DNA of 64,000 bases from an uncultured Candidatus Saccharibacteria bacterium (GTDB lineage: Bacteria > Patescibacteriota > Minisyncoccia > Sungbacterales > JACQCQ01). A program made the position numbers and the translations under genes. The DNA lies in contig CAZBTX010000004.1 of assembly GCA_964494945.1 (NCBI GenBank), positions 27,385 to 91,384 of the forward strand. The letters are read 5' to 3'. Below the pieces are notes generated by a model, which worked only from the letters and a program-made list of their open reading frames with translations, did not search any database and had not been told where the DNA came from. This document shows positions 49,434 through 58,706 of the stretch, piece after piece. Every line of letters begins with the position of its first letter. Within the stretch, counting starts at the first letter, position 1.

Positions 49434-49949
49434 AAGGAAATAGAGCTAAAATTCAGGGTTGCCAATTTTAAGGAAATTATTCCCAAATTAAAGAAGTTGG
49501 GCGGTAAATGCGTTTGGCGTGGGATAGAAGAAAGTTATTTTTACGATACACCCGCCAAAACCTTAAAAAGAAAGCATCAAATGCTGCGACTACGTTCATG
49601 GGCGGAGCATAGCTATTCGCTGGCGTTAAAATTGGAGCCGGAGCATTCGCACAAACGTTATAAGGTAAGAGATGAATTTCAGATAATTGTGGATGACATT
49701 AATGCGACCCGCGAAATCTTAAAGCATTTGGGATTCGTGGAATATATAAGATACAAGAAATATCGCGAGCATTGGAAACTGCCCGGGGCCTTCATAGAAC
49801 TTGATACTCTAAAACATCTGCATTTCGTGGAAATTGAAGCGTCTAAGGATCGTATTAATCAATTAGCTCAAATTTTGCGATTGGACTGGGGCCAAACTAC
49901 AACTCAAGGTTACCTTTCAATTTTAAGGGATTTAAATAGGGACGCTTGA
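49431..49949 (+). CDS. CYTH-domain protein (class IV adenylate cyclase / triphosphatase-like)
   Basis: The N-terminal EIELKF motif (ExExK) is present. The protein is 172 aa. Confidence 0.6.
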   Translation: MKEIELKFRVANFKEIIPKLKKLGGKCVWRGIEESYFYDTPAKTLKRKHQMLRLRSWAEHSYSLALKLEPEHSHKRYKVRDEFQIIVDDINATREILKHLGFVEYIRYKKYREHWKLPGAFIELDTLKHLHFVEIEASKDRINQLAQILRLDWGQTTTQGYLSILRDLNRDA

Positions 49950-50051
49950 ACGGCAAAAATATTGTGGATACCGAGATTGACGGACTATGTATTTTCCAGG
50001 TAAAATGAATTCTACGGAGGCCCGTTTAGGGCTTCACTTAATTTTCTGAAT

Positions 50052-50879
50052 ATGCATAAACTATCAACTTTAATCGTAGGCAGTTCTTTGGCTCTAGGGT
50101 TAGTATTGCCGGTAGCAGTATTGGCGGAGGATTCTGCCGGTGCTACAGCTGGCGGCACGTCATCCGACGGCGCGGCTAATACGTCGGTTACACCCGTAAA
50201 ACCGCCATTGCCGGGTGTTCGTGGCGAGCTCAAGGATTTGCGCCAAACCATCAACAAAGAGCGCGAGGGTATTTTGCAGAAAGCGGCCGAAACCCGTAAA
50301 AACATCATAGAAGGCGCCAAAGAAGCGCGTGAGAATATCAAAAATCAAGTGATGGAAAAGAGAAAAACTCTGGAAGCCGAGATAAAAGAAAAGCGCGCCG
50401 ATATTAAAGATAAGTTCAAAGAACGGCAGGAAGAATTGAAAAAGAAATTCGGCGAGGAGCGCTTAAGGCGCATTCAGGAAGTGGCCGCCCGCATGTTCAA
50501 GCATTTTGAGGATGCCATTGATAAATTGAGCAACGTGGCTGACCGCATAAGTTCCCGCATTGACAAACTGGCCGCAGACGGCGTTGACGTAACGGCCGCC
50601 AATGCCCAGTTTGAAATCGCTAAAACCGCCACTATGTCCGCTAAAACTGCGCTGGAGGATGCTAAGACCAAACTCACCTCGGCCCTTACTTCCAATAACG
50701 TCGGCCAGGGAGTTAAAAACATGCGTGAAGTATTGAAGGGCGTTGAGGACGCCTTGAAGAAAGCGCGTGAAGAATTGCGGAAAACCGTAGATGAAATAAA
50801 AAAGCTTAAGCCGCCGGTTCCTGCCACGACGGGTACTACGACGCCTGCTTCTACTGAATCAACAGCACCTGCTCAATAA
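50052..50879 (+). CDS. Secreted coiled-coil protein (signal peptide, K/E-rich helical repeats)
   Basis: The N-terminal hydrophobic signal and heptad-like composition support the call. Confidence 0.4.
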   Translation: MHKLSTLIVGSSLALGLVLPVAVLAEDSAGATAGGTSSDGAANTSVTPVKPPLPGVRGELKDLRQTINKEREGILQKAAETRKNIIEGAKEARENIKNQVMEKRKTLEAEIKEKRADIKDKFKERQEELKKKFGEERLRRIQEVAARMFKHFEDAIDKLSNVADRISSRIDKLAADGVDVTAANAQFEIAKTATMSAKTALEDAKTKLTSALTSNNVGQGVKNMREVLKGVEDALKKAREELRKTVDEIKKLKPPVPATTGTTTPASTESTAPAQ

Positions 50880-50907
50880 TCATTAATAAACTCTAAACTG
50901 AAAAAAT

Positions 50908-51216
50908 ATGGAGCCAATCTATCAATCAAATCAGACACCGAGAAACACAATACCCCCAATGTCTCCAGTATCTACGCCGGGAAGCGGGTCTTCCATCAAA
51001 TATGTTTGGGTGGTTGTCGCTGTCATCGTGCTTTTGGCAATAGCATATTTCTGGTATTCGGGGACGTTTTCGTTGTATCAGCCGAATGAAACCGCGACAG
51101 AAGAAACAGCGCCAGCGGCTGATGATGTTACCTCAATTGAGGCCGACCTGGGCACAACCGACCTGGACAATCTTGGGGCTGATTTGAACAGTTTGGAAAC
51201 GGAGCTCAATCAATAA
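50908..51216 (+). CDS. Small single-TM protein
   Basis: It is an ORF with one TM helix. Confidence 0.3.
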   Translation: MEPIYQSNQTPRNTIPPMSPVSTPGSGSSIKYVWVVVAVIVLLAIAYFWYSGTFSLYQPNETATEETAPAADDVTSIEADLGTTDLDNLGADLNSLETELNQ

Positions 51217-51288
51217 GGATCAAATCAGGCAATTCAAAAAAGTCCGGAGGGACTTTTTTGAATTGTGGTACTATGCTTATAACTTCGT

Positions 51289-51696
51289 ATGAACCAAAGA
51301 AGAATGCCGCGGGACGACGATAAGTACCAATGGACCAATCACGTTGTTGAGAAAATGCGCCATTATGGGCTTTCAGAGGGAAGAGTCAGGCGCGTGTTGT
51401 ATTCTCCCAAGCGTGTGGAAAGTGGCGTGGCCCCCGGAACCACCGCCGTCATGCAGCCGGGCGGGACCGCGAAACATCCATATGAGGTGTGGGTAATGTA
51501 TCAGGACATAAAATCAAAAATCAAAATGTCCCGACATATCGAGGATCCTCGATTCTCTAAAGCAGAATCGGGACAAAAATCAAAATTGCGGAAACGGATT
51601 ATTAGCGCTTGGAAATATCCGGGAGTTTCCAAGCGGAGGGGCGAAGTGCCCGTGCCGGATGATATTCGCCGCTATGTGGCCAATTTAAAAGATTGA
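51289..51696 (+). CDS. Hypothetical protein, DUF4258-like (toxin-like fold)
   Basis: It carries WTNHVVEKMRHYGLSEGRVRRVL, which resembles the DUF4258 N-terminal motif. Confidence 0.3.
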   Translation: MNQRRMPRDDDKYQWTNHVVEKMRHYGLSEGRVRRVLYSPKRVESGVAPGTTAVMQPGGTAKHPYEVWVMYQDIKSKIKMSRHIEDPRFSKAESGQKSKLRKRIISAWKYPGVSKRRGEVPVPDDIRRYVANLKD

Positions 51697-51721
51697 CCCA
51701 TTGATGTAAGGTTATAAGCGT

Positions 51722-52402
51722 ATGAATATGAAGATTTTAGGAGTCATCGTTGGTTTAGCGCTTGTTTTTATAATAGGAGCTGTCTATTATCTTTCCGGCG
51801 GCAAAACCGTTGAATCGTCGCCGGGCTCAACAGAAAGTGCCATATCGGATCAAACAAAAACTATGGAGACAAAAATAAAAACATATAAGGTTTCAATGAA
51901 AACCGACGCGGGCGTTATTCAGCTGGGACTCTATTCAGCAGTGGCGCCAAAAACGGTGGATAATTTTATAACACTCGCAAAAAAAGGATTTTATGACGGC
52001 ATAAAGTTCCATCGCGTAGTTCCGGGCTTTGTAATCCAGGGCGGCGACCCGTTATCAAAAACCAATGACCCCAGAACGGGGAGCGGGGGCCCCGGGTACC
52101 AATTTGAAGATGAGATAAATCCCAAGGCCCTCGGCCTCTCTGATGCTGAAATTAAAGTTCTAGAATCACAGGGCTACAAATACGATTTCAGTTTGCCGTC
52201 TTTGCAGATGGAAGTAGGGGCTCTCGCCATGGCTAATGCCGGCCCTGATACCAACGGGTCTCAGTTCTTTATTGTTAGCGATTCGCCGCAGCCCTATTTG
52301 AACGGCAAGCATACGGTTTTTGGCAAAGTTACCGATGGCATGGATGTGGTTAAGAAAATAAAACAGGGCGATGTCATTCAATCAGTTGTGGTTATTGAAT
52401 AA
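51722..52402 (+). CDS. ppiB: Cyclophilin-type peptidyl-prolyl cis-trans isomerase with N-terminal membrane anchor
   Basis: It carries FHRVVPGFVIQGGDP and QFFIV. Confidence 0.85.
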   Translation: MNMKILGVIVGLALVFIIGAVYYLSGGKTVESSPGSTESAISDQTKTMETKIKTYKVSMKTDAGVIQLGLYSAVAPKTVDNFITLAKKGFYDGIKFHRVVPGFVIQGGDPLSKTNDPRTGSGGPGYQFEDEINPKALGLSDAEIKVLESQGYKYDFSLPSLQMEVGALAMANAGPDTNGSQFFIVSDSPQPYLNGKHTVFGKVTDGMDVVKKIKQGDVIQSVVVIE

Positions 52403-52408
52403 TTCGAT

Positions 52409-53095
52409 ATGCATAAAATTTCTCCTTCGGGTATTAGTTCTCTCTTAGAATGCTCCCGATGCCTTTGGTTGCAGTTTAACAAAGACATCAAGCGTCCGCG
52501 CGGCATTTATCCATCACTGCCTGACGGCATGGATAATGCCTTCAAAAATTATTTTGACCAGTTTCGCGATAAAGGTATATTGCCGCCAGAGCTGGACGGC
52601 AAAGTGGATGCCAAGCTTTTTGGAGATGTGAAGCAGTTACATACTTGGAGAGAATTTAATTTTGGGCGTGGCGGTATCCGGGCGGAAATTAGTGAGTATG
52701 AAATGACGGTGGCGGGAGCGATTGATGATATTTTAGTAGCACCCGATGGTTCTTTGATCCCCCTTGACTTTAAAACCAGAGGATATCCCACCAAAGAAGA
52801 TACTCATAAACATTATCAATCCCAACTGGATCTTTACGCCTTATTATTTGAGAGAAACGGCCAGCGGGTTGCGACCAAAGGTTACCTCCTCTTTTTTTGG
52901 CCGGATGTATATCATAAGGACGGCGTTCACCTGAAAACTGATCTTGTGGAAGTAAGCGTTTCTTCCAAACGTGCTATGGCAGTGCTCAAGCATGTTCACT
53001 CTCTTATTATGGGGGAATTGCCCCTGGCGGCCCCCACTTGCGAATACTGTAGTTATCGCGAAGCCGCGGCGGGAGCGGTGGAAAACGAATCATGA
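52409..53095 (+). CDS. PD-(D/E)XK nuclease, Cas4/RecB-like with Fe-S cysteines
   Basis: It has an N-terminal CxxC-like motif (ECSRC), a D...LDFKT (D/E-x-K) motif, and a C-terminal CEYCSY. Confidence 0.5.
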   Translation: MHKISPSGISSLLECSRCLWLQFNKDIKRPRGIYPSLPDGMDNAFKNYFDQFRDKGILPPELDGKVDAKLFGDVKQLHTWREFNFGRGGIRAEISEYEMTVAGAIDDILVAPDGSLIPLDFKTRGYPTKEDTHKHYQSQLDLYALLFERNGQRVATKGYLLFFWPDVYHKDGVHLKTDLVEVSVSSKRAMAVLKHVHSLIMGELPLAAPTCEYCSYREAAAGAVENES

Positions 53096-54153
53096 TACTT
53101 CGTGGAGTAATTGCTTTTCTGGCGCTTTTTGCCATTTTTACTTCACCTTTATGGCAGAAGATTATTTTTAATGGGGCCCAACCATCTAAAAATAGCTTAA
53201 TCGAGGATTTGGTTTCCCATAATTTAATAACAGAGCTCTTTTTTCCGAAAACCACATCAACGCCAAATACAAAAGGCACAATTGCAGATACCCAAAATTA
53301 TTTGCCGAGTAAAGCCCCATTGATTGATAAAAAAACACTACCCGTATCTAAAGAAATTCCGGTTCCATCAAAAAGCCAGCCGCCAGTATCACCACAGCCA
53401 AAAATTGTTCCTCCAACTCCGCTCTTAACATCTAAAGAAATTTACGCTCTCTTGGATACGGCCATAGTGCAGATAGTATGCAAGGCCGGTGATAATCTTT
53501 ACGTTTCCGGGAGCGGGGTAGTGGTTTCTGATAAGGGCGTGGTATTAACTAACGCTCACGTGGTTGAGAATGGCAAGGATTGTTTTGTAAAGACCGGAAA
53601 CCCCGCCGTTATTTCCGGCAAAGCTGAAGCGCGTTTTATTGGGAATACAAAAAACTTTATTACTGACACTAAAATTCCCAAAGAAGATTTTGCGTTTATG
53701 AAAATTACGGAGAGAACCCCAAACTCCATGTTTGCGGAGCCGTTTAAATATTTGCGTCTGTCGTATACGTATACGCCGCAGTCCGGCGACGGATTTTATC
53801 TGGCGGCTTACGCGTCGGAATTCGTCGGCGGAGGCATTCCCTCCGGCGGCCAAAATCTGGTTTTCACTATCGCGAGGGTTCTTGATCTTTACACCGTGGA
53901 CGGGTCAGGTACGGATGTAGCAGAGCTTGAGGGGAATATTTCCACCCAGGAGGGCGCTTCGGGCAGCCCCGTAATTTCTCCCGTTGATGGGAGCGTTATT
54001 GGGCTTGTTTTCGGCCAAAATAAGGGCGAGGGCGGCGCCAGCGTCACCAGTCAAAGAACGGAATTCGCTTTTTTGATTTCCTACATCAATCGAGTTCTGG
54101 AAAGTACCAGAAACACAACTTTAGCGGATTTGATCGCGGAAGCAGGCCGTTAG
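53092..54153 (+). CDS. Trypsin-like (S1/HtrA-like) serine protease with N-terminal TM anchor, no PDZ
   Basis: It carries TNAHVV (His), D, and GASGSPV (Ser). Its start overlaps the nuclease stop as ATGA. Confidence 0.65.
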   Translation: MILRGVIAFLALFAIFTSPLWQKIIFNGAQPSKNSLIEDLVSHNLITELFFPKTTSTPNTKGTIADTQNYLPSKAPLIDKKTLPVSKEIPVPSKSQPPVSPQPKIVPPTPLLTSKEIYALLDTAIVQIVCKAGDNLYVSGSGVVVSDKGVVLTNAHVVENGKDCFVKTGNPAVISGKAEARFIGNTKNFITDTKIPKEDFAFMKITERTPNSMFAEPFKYLRLSYTYTPQSGDGFYLAAYASEFVGGGIPSGGQNLVFTIARVLDLYTVDGSGTDVAELEGNISTQEGASGSPVISPVDGSVIGLVFGQNKGEGGASVTSQRTEFAFLISYINRVLESTRNTTLADLIAEAGR

Positions 54154-54196
54154 TTGCGGTTGCGGCCTATTTTTGGTATTTTCCGTAGGTTAGATA

Positions 54197-55570
54197 ATGG
54201 CGCTTCAAGCTAAAACGTATTCGGCGGCAAAAAGGCGCGTAATAGCCGCTCTTCTTTTATTGGTGGCGGCACTCATCGGCATTTATGATGGCGCCGAAGT
54301 TTGGAACAAATATGTTCCCGCGACTTTGCGTTTGGGCGGCAATTTATCCGAGCCATATCGTTTAGGTCTTGATCTCCAGGGCGGGACGCATTTGGTTTAT
54401 CAGGCGGATTTTTCCAACGTTGATGTTTCCGACAAGAACGAGGCCATGCAGGGACTTAGGGACGTGATAGAACGTAGAGTTAATCGCTTCGGCGTTACCG
54501 AGCCGGTGGTGCAAGTTAACCACGTGGGAGAAAATTGGCGGCTGATAGTGGAGCTAGCCGGCATTAAAGATGTGGGTGAGGCCATAAAATACATAGGCGC
54601 CACGCCGCTTCTGGAATTTCGTGAAACGCGTGATGCTTCAACCACCGATATTATTCTTGAAGCCCAGAAAAAGGGTGAGCGAATCGGCGAAAATCCTTAT
54701 TTCCTTCCGGCACTCCTTACTGGTCGCTACTTCAAACGAGCCGAACTGCAGTTTGACCAAAATGTTCCCAATACGCCGATTATCGGCATTGAATTTAACG
54801 ATGACGGCGTCAAGATCTTCGAAACACTGACAAGTACTAATGTAGGAAAACCGCTTGGCATATTCATAGATAATGAGTTAATCAGCGCCCCCAACGTCAA
54901 TGAAGAGATTTCCGGCGGCAAAGCCGTGATCACCGGCCAATTTAGCGTTGATGAGGCCAAGACCCTGGTACGGAATTTGAATTCCGGAGCCCTTCCCGTA
55001 CCCATCAATTTGGTATCCCAGCAATCAGTAGAGGCCTCATTGGGCCTTACTTCATTGAAAGCATCATTGAAAGCCGGACTTATCGGATTCTTGATCGTGG
55101 CGCTATTCATGCTCTTTTGGTATAGATTACCTGGAGTTTTGGCGGTAGTGGCCCTTACGGTTTATGCCGTAATCACACTGGCGCTTTTTAAACTTATCGG
55201 TGTGACTTTAACAGTCGCGGGTATCGCGGGCTTTATTCTTTCCGTCGGCATGGCGGTAGATGCCAATATCCTTATATTTGAGCGCCTAAAAGAAGAAATT
55301 CTTCGCGGCCGCGCTCTTTCGGATGCTGTACACGAAGGATTCGCGAGGGCTTGGACTTCCATACGCGATTCCAACGTTTCCAGTTTGATAACCGCGGGTA
55401 TTCTTTATTGGCTGGGGACTTCCGTGGTTCAAGGATTCGCCACCACCCTGATTTTGGGGATTTTGGTCAGTATGTTTACGGCCCTGACTGTCACGCGCAC
55501 TTTCCTTTACGCGGTCTTGCGGAAAAATGCCGGGACTTTCTGGTATCTGTCAGGAGTTTCAAGGACATAA
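54197..55570 (+). CDS. secD: Protein translocase subunit SecD
   Basis: It carries LGLDLQGG and C-terminal TM helices. Confidence 0.85.
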   Translation: MALQAKTYSAAKRRVIAALLLLVAALIGIYDGAEVWNKYVPATLRLGGNLSEPYRLGLDLQGGTHLVYQADFSNVDVSDKNEAMQGLRDVIERRVNRFGVTEPVVQVNHVGENWRLIVELAGIKDVGEAIKYIGATPLLEFRETRDASTTDIILEAQKKGERIGENPYFLPALLTGRYFKRAELQFDQNVPNTPIIGIEFNDDGVKIFETLTSTNVGKPLGIFIDNELISAPNVNEEISGGKAVITGQFSVDEAKTLVRNLNSGALPVPINLVSQQSVEASLGLTSLKASLKAGLIGFLIVALFMLFWYRLPGVLAVVALTVYAVITLALFKLIGVTLTVAGIAGFILSVGMAVDANILIFERLKEEILRGRALSDAVHEGFARAWTSIRDSNVSSLITAGILYWLGTSVVQGFATTLILGILVSMFTALTVTRTFLYAVLRKNAGTFWYLSGVSRT

Positions 55571-55728
55571 ATCAAAATTCAAAATGCAAGGGAGAACGAC
55601 TAATTAATCTAATTTCTAATTATTCTAATCAAATCCCAATAACCCGAAATAATAACTAATGAGTCATTAGACATTAAGGCATTAGACATTGATTAGGTTA
55701 ATTAGAATAATTAGGTCAATTTTAATTT
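55571..55728. repeat. AT-rich secD-secF spacer built of CTAAT/ATTAG pentamer repeats and duplicated CATTAGACATT
   Basis: It was read directly from the sequence. Confidence 0.6.
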
Positions 55729-56628
55729 ATGTTTCTGATTAAACATCGCAAACTCACCTATATCATCTCCGGGACGCTGGTTTTGCTTTCAATTTTATTT
55801 GTGTCTTGGTGGGGCTTAAAACTGGGTATTGATTTTACCGGCGGGTCGTTCATGGAGGTTGAATATCAAAATACCCGGCCGCCTATGGACGAAGTTAAGA
55901 TGAATATTGAAAATGCCGGAATCCCGCACGCCGCCGTGCAACCAACGGGGGAGCGCGGATTTTTCATACGCACCGGGCACCTTACCGAAGACCAACATCA
56001 GGTACTTTTAAATGCCATGCGCGGCGATGATAAAAATGAAGTATTGGAAAAACGCTTTGACGCCATCGGCCCCACCATAGGCCAGGAGCTTAAAAGAAAG
56101 TCCGTTTGGGCGATAGGGCTTGTTATACTTTTGATCGTGCTTTACATTGCCTGGGCTTTTCGCAAGGTTTCGGAGCCGGTGGCTTCCTGGAAATACGGAG
56201 TGGCGACAATCATCGCGCTGGTGCATGACGTAATGATACCTGTCGGTATTTTTTCCATACTGGGACATTTTTACGGAGTGGAAGTGGATACTCTTTTTGT
56301 GACGGCCCTGCTTACGATTCTTGGATTTTCCGTGCATGACACCATCGTGGTTTTTGATCGTATTCGCGAGAATTTGAAGAATAGCCGCTCAAAGTCCGAT
56401 TTTGAAATGATAGTGGGTAGTAGCATTTCGCAAACTATCGTGCGTTCCGTAAATACTTCGTTTACGGTGCTTTTGGTGATGCTCGCGATTTACTTTTTTG
56501 GGGGGTCTTCCATCAGTATTTTCGCCTTAACCCTGATTATCGGCATATTTTTTGGGACTTATTCTTCAATTTGTCTTGCATCGCCCATTTTAGTGACCTG
56601 GCAGAAGTGGTCGGGAAAACGAGCATAA
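55729..56628 (+). CDS. secF: Protein translocase subunit SecF
   Basis: It carries GIDFTGGS. Confidence 0.85.
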   Translation: MFLIKHRKLTYIISGTLVLLSILFVSWWGLKLGIDFTGGSFMEVEYQNTRPPMDEVKMNIENAGIPHAAVQPTGERGFFIRTGHLTEDQHQVLLNAMRGDDKNEVLEKRFDAIGPTIGQELKRKSVWAIGLVILLIVLYIAWAFRKVSEPVASWKYGVATIIALVHDVMIPVGIFSILGHFYGVEVDTLFVTALLTILGFSVHDTIVVFDRIRENLKNSRSKSDFEMIVGSSISQTIVRSVNTSFTVLLVMLAIYFFGGSSISIFALTLIIGIFFGTYSSICLASPILVTWQKWSGKRA

Positions 56629-56629
56629 G

Positions 56630-56660
56630 AAAAACCCCGCCTTGCGGGGTTTTTCTTATC
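56630..56660 (+). terminator. Rho-independent terminator AAAACCCCGC-CTTG-CGGGGTTTTT
   Basis: It is a perfect hairpin plus a T-run. Confidence 0.8.
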
Positions 56661-56696
56661 TTTTCAATTCTGAATAGTGTCAGCGCTGAAAAGAGT

Positions 56697-56740
56697 GGGG
56701 GAGCGCGCCCCGATGGTCATCGGGGCGCGCTCCTTTTCGA
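56697..56740. terminator. Second GC hairpin GAGCGCGCCCCGATG-GTC-ATCGGGGCGCGCTC (same CCCCGATG(A/G)(C/T)CATCGGGG core as 33408)
   Basis: It was verified. It is bidirectional in principle. Confidence 0.5.
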
Positions 56741-56748
56741 GCTACTAC

Positions 56749-57048
56749 TTATCCGTAAACAAGAAGACGCTTCGTGCCGTCCTTTTCCACGACGACCGCA
56801 CGAGAGAGCGGACCGGTACTGTCACTTTCCGTGGTTCGCCATTCGCGGACGACGAAGCCCTGCGCCTTGAGTGCCGGGGTCGCGGCCTTCTCTTCCCAGT
56901 CCAGATACCGCCCTCGAGAACCACAGTAGTTCGTCATCGAGACCGGTCCGAGCACTGTCAGTAGGTCTTCTGGCACCATGCCGTACATAAGCCCTCCCTC
57001 GGTGTGAGTTATTGCAAGTGAACCTGTTCTCTGAAAGAACCTAAGCAC
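56749..57048 (-). CDS. Hypothetical protein (GC-rich island)
   Basis: It is an ORF in a high-GC segment and may be a gene fragment. Confidence 0.2.
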   Translation of the reverse strand: MLRFFQRTGSLAITHTEGGLMYGMVPEDLLTVLGPVSMTNYCGSRGRYLDWEEKAATPALKAQGFVVREWRTTESDSTGPLSRAVVVEKDGTKRLLVYG

Positions 57049-57057
57049 AAATCATTG

Positions 57058-57137
57058 CGCTCTTCTGAATCTCAAAAAATTTTCTGAAACTCGGAAGAAC
57101 GGAGCGGCGGGACGAAGACTTCTCGCCCGCGCCGCTC
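57058..57137. repeat. 80-bp direct repeat copy 1 (identical to 58151-58230), immediately 3' of minus-strand gene
   Basis: The sequence CGCTCTTCTGAATCTCAAAAAATTTTCTGAAACTCGGAAGAACGGAGCGGCGGGACGAAGACTTCTCGCCCGCGCCGCTC is identical at both sites. Confidence 0.9.
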
Positions 57138-57149
57138 TTCGAAACTTAC

Positions 57150-57557
57150 TTATTGCCGAAGAACTTCTGCGAAGAACTTGGCTCCGGCAGTGCCGATCTC
57201 CGCAGATACAAACTGGTATCCCGGCTCCACGCGGAACGCGAAGCGTGGTACTTCAGGGAGGTGATCTGCGCATACGGTTGCCGAAACCGGACTCCACCCG
57301 GCCGATGACCCGCCATGCAACCCTCGACCTTTCAGGAATCGGCAGTAGATCGCGGATTCCTTGGGCCAGCGTGCGGGACGGATTATAACATCAAGATCAT
57401 CGTCCGCACCGAGTCTCCCAACGAACTCATAGTCGAAGCCACTCGCTACATCCCATCCCCTCACCCGAAGGGCAAAGAGAATGTTCAGTCGCGCGAGAAG
57501 CTCAGCAACGGCGAAGTCGAGAGCTCCGAGCTTCCGCTCTGTGGCCTTCTGGCGCAT
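57150..57557 (-). CDS. Hypothetical protein (GC-rich island), 6 nt downstream of REC-like gene
   Basis: The ORF on this strand is protein-like. The antisense ORF 57315-58004 was rejected. Confidence 0.35.
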   Translation of the reverse strand: MRQKATERKLGALDFAVAELLARLNILFALRVRGWDVASGFDYEFVGRLGADDDLDVIIRPARWPKESAIYCRFLKGRGLHGGSSAGWSPVSATVCADHLPEVPRFAFRVEPGYQFVSAEIGTAGAKFFAEVLRQ

Positions 57558-57563
57558 GGCGGG

Positions 57564-58067
57564 CTACTTCCACCACTTCGCACTGCGCGTGAGGCAGATG
57601 TCGTACCGCTGATGCTCTGCGCACCGGCCCTTCTCGGTGAGCCACTTCAGCAGCTTGAACGCCAAGTCCCATCGCTTCTCGGGTGCGTCCTTGAAGAGGT
57701 CGCGCGACGCGTCGATGATACCCGGCCAGCGAAGAGCGAGCGACAGCTCGTGGATCCACTGGTACTTCGGTCCGTGGTGATACCCCGCGGTGTTCAGAGT
57801 ACATGGGATCCCGCGCTCCCAGCAGATCATCATGACACTGACACCGATCGGCTCGGGCGTGGTGTACGTGTCGCCCTGATACTTGCTGTACGGAGCGAAC
57901 GGGAAGTAGATGTCGGAGATTACGCCATCGACCATGCCAGGCATGAGATGCTCGATTGCCCCGTGCATGGTACTGACGTAGACCACTTCGATCCCTTCCT
58001 GTGACGCGAAAAACTGCTTTGCGTCGGCCACGTGCTTGGCATCATCCTCGATCACAAGGATCTTCAT
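57564..58067 (-). CDS. Stand-alone CheY-like receiver (REC)-fold domain protein
   Basis: It has the MKILVIEDD N-terminus, an Asp at the ISDIYFP position, and a later Thr and Lys. An AGGAGG sequence lies 8 nt upstream. Confidence 0.4.
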   Translation of the reverse strand: MKILVIEDDAKHVADAKQFFASQEGIEVVYVSTMHGAIEHLMPGMVDGVISDIYFPFAPYSKYQGDTYTTPEPIGVSVMMICWERGIPCTLNTAGYHHGPKYQWIHELSLALRWPGIIDASRDLFKDAPEKRWDLAFKLLKWLTEKGRCAEHQRYDICLTRSAKWWK

Positions 58068-58150
58068 TTCCGAACCTCCTGAGGCATCGCGCCTCAGTAA
58101 GCGTTAAGGAACGCCTGCCGCCCTCACGGCAGCATAGAGCAGGCCAATCC

Positions 58151-58230
58151 CGCTCTTCTGAATCTCAAAAAATTTTCTGAAACTCGGAAGAACGGAGCGG
58201 CGGGACGAAGACTTCTCGCCCGCGCCGCTC
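58151..58230. repeat. 80-bp direct repeat copy 2
   Basis: It is identical to 57058-57137. Confidence 0.9.
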
Positions 58231-58237
58231 GCTTTGC

Positions 58238-58706
58238 TCATACGCCGAGGCTTTCGCTCTGAAGGAGAACCACAACTGCCTTGCCGTCTTCGATGGCGAA
58301 GCGGATGCGGTCACCCGGCCCCGTCCACTTGCGGATCTTCCGGCCATCCTCCGTCTGTACGTCCTCCGGCAGGTACCAGGCGCGCCCCTCGGTGTCTTCC
58401 ACGATGATTCCATAGGGAAGCGCATAGGAGCCGCCGTCCATGAGTCGCCTCGCGACAGTGAACTCCGTGCCGACATGCTCGGCGCGGATTCCTCGGCTGA
58501 TGCCGTTCACGGCCCGAGCCTTGATGGTGCTCACTTCAGCCCAGTACGGCCCCCACTTCTCTCGCCACTCGGCGATGGCACGATGGCCTTCGGCGACACG
58601 CGCCTCCGCTTCCTGTCGCTTGCGCTCTCTCGTCTCTCGCCGCTTCGTGGGGGAGAGGAGCCAGTGAAGGCCGTCCGCGATGAGCATGAACATATCTTGG
58701 ATCATT
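58238..58706 (-). CDS. Hypothetical protein (GC-rich island); alternative start at 58786
   Basis: It is an ORF with a basic, helical N-terminal half and a beta-rich C-terminal half. Confidence 0.3.

Noticed and set aside
57315-58004. A 229-aa plus-strand ORF spanning the GC-rich island.
   Set aside because: It is antisense to two protein-like minus-strand ORFs. It is low-complexity (L/P/R-rich) and lacks an RBS. The minus-strand genes have SD-like sequences and a compact operon layout.
57058-58230. Interpretation of the 80-bp repeats as integron attC sites.
   Set aside because: No RYYYAAC / GTTRRRY core sites are recognisable and no intI is in the window. The idea is kept only as a loose analogy in the finding.
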